From the NCBI GenBank assembly GCA_964188305.1, contig OZ076888.1: a DNA stretch of 64,000 nucleotides, one strand, 5' to 3'. Below are positions 62,701 to 64,000 of the stretch, piece after piece. This DNA comes from Podarcis bocagei. Taxonomy: Eukaryota. Made by a program: the position numbers and the translations under genes. The notes beneath the pieces are model-generated. The model made no database searches, had not been told where the DNA came from, and saw only the letters and a program-made list of their open reading frames with translations. Each line of letters starts with the position of its first letter. Positions within the stretch are counted from its first letter, which is position 1.

Positions 62701-64000
62701 CAAGTTGAGGAGGACATTTTTTTGTATCTGGAAGTATACTCTGGTCCAGGAAAACCTGTGCCTTTATGCATCTGTTTTTCTTGAAGAAGCCACCAGACTT
62801 CTTGCTGTACTCTGTATTTGGGATCCAAAATCTGATGGCAAATATTGTACTGTGTAAGTATAGCAAATACGGCAGAGATTAATGGTGGAGGAGACACAGG
62901 TCATTGCTTGCATATGTTGAAGTGAGTGTAAGAACAGCTTTATCCCTCTGTTCTTTACTCAGCATGGTGTGTATGGTGCAAGTTCAGCTAATCCTGAAAT
63001 ATATGGCTATTTTCGAGAGAGTGGATAGAAAGCCACTGAAATGCAGAAGGATTAGCCTCCCAGAAACAGTAAATATGTGCATACATTCTGGTTTCTATTA
63101 ATGGAAAGGGAAGGAGGTCATGTCACCACATGCAATGGTATCAAAATTCCCAAGCCATTATATGGCAAGACTTACCTCTGTTCTTTCCCAGCAATCCAGG
63201 TCTCCATTCCTATCACATGGCTCATTTCCCCATAATTTCCCTTCTTTCCATTCTATGTGACCACATGGCTCCCCTTTTCACTTTGTCTTAGTACATTCAC
63301 TCCCAGCATTCCCTTTCAGGTTTTTTTTTAAGTCTTGCTCCTTCTCCAAACTTTCCTGGTGGACGAGGATCAGTTCTCCTACACTAGTATCTACTGGTAA
63401 TTCACCAATCCTCACCCTGTCCTGTCTCTGTGGGAGGAGGTGTATTTCCATTGTACTGGCTAGAAGGGTGCAATTGATCTCTAATGGGGCTAGAGAGAGA
63501 AGAGGTATTAGATTGTTACAGCTTTAATTCTTGTTTCTCCCTAGCCAGCTTCTTGCATTTATTTAGCCCTGAAAAAGGCAAAACAGCACTACCAACAAAA
63601 TCCCATACATTATTAGCAGCTTTGCTGTTCCTCTCTTGACAATGTCTATTAATCATCTGCACCACCATGTCGCTGTTGTTGTTGTTGCTGATGATGAAGC
63701 AAGTTTGGGACTCCTGATCTATGCAGTGTGCTGGTATGCAATAATCCCATAGATCCAACAATCTCTGGGGCTGTGCCAGCACCGCTGTTTGCGCTGGGTT
63801 ATGGCATACACTATTACATGTGCATCTGGTTTGCAGTTGGTCAGAGATTATGCCTACCATGTGAGTGTGTCATTCCTTTTTGCTCTGCCTATAGCAGCTC
63901 CCAGTCCCTGCCTGCAACAAGCAGTGTGACTTAAGTGCCATGATCAGAAGCTAATTTGGCATGCCCTCTCCCTCATTTTGCACATGCCGAGATGATTTGC

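Larger units (their letters stand above)
8394..64000 (+). other. SORCS3: SORCS3 intron 1 (continues beyond the window)
   Basis: GTGAGT donor at 8394. No sequence encoding the expected exon 2 peptide (VILILTKLYDFNLG-like) was recognised downstream. Mammalian SORCS3 intron 1 is very long. Confidence 0.75.

Noticed and set aside
9000-64000. The many 60-150 aa ORFs in the supplied track
   Set aside because: Most start at non-ATG codons, none resembles a known protein apart from the TE fragments listed, and their density is what random intronic DNA would give.

Overview
This is vertebrate genomic DNA, very likely a squamate lizard. The repeat repertoire is consistent with a lacertid, but that is an inference. 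The only host gene I can support is the first coding exon of SORCS3, a VPS10P-domain neuronal receptor, at 7476-8393 (+). It sits in a CpG island (~6770-8960) and ends at a canonical GTGAGT donor. The rest of the window (8394-64000) appears to be intron 1; I did not find exon 2. The upstream region and intron are filled with hAT and Tc1/mariner (Tigger-like) MITEs, tRNA- and 5S-derived SINEs, RTE, L1, L2/CR1 and Penelope-like fragments and a solo LTR, many with readable target-site duplications (TSDs). Nearly all ORFs in the supplied track are spurious. I see no evidence of a novel multi-gene system. The most unusual sequence-level observations are: a 30-bp collapsed LTR with both termini and an intact TSD, whose full-length relative lies 5 kb away; a CpG-rich hAT element carrying a CRE and GC box nested in a SINE; an expanded propeptide with a (CAG)6(CCG)4 tract; an in-frame read-through from exon 1 ending in a stop that overlaps AATAAA; a perfect 28-bp hairpin; and a REST/RE1-like intronic site. 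Repeat family names come from memory of consensus features, not database searches.
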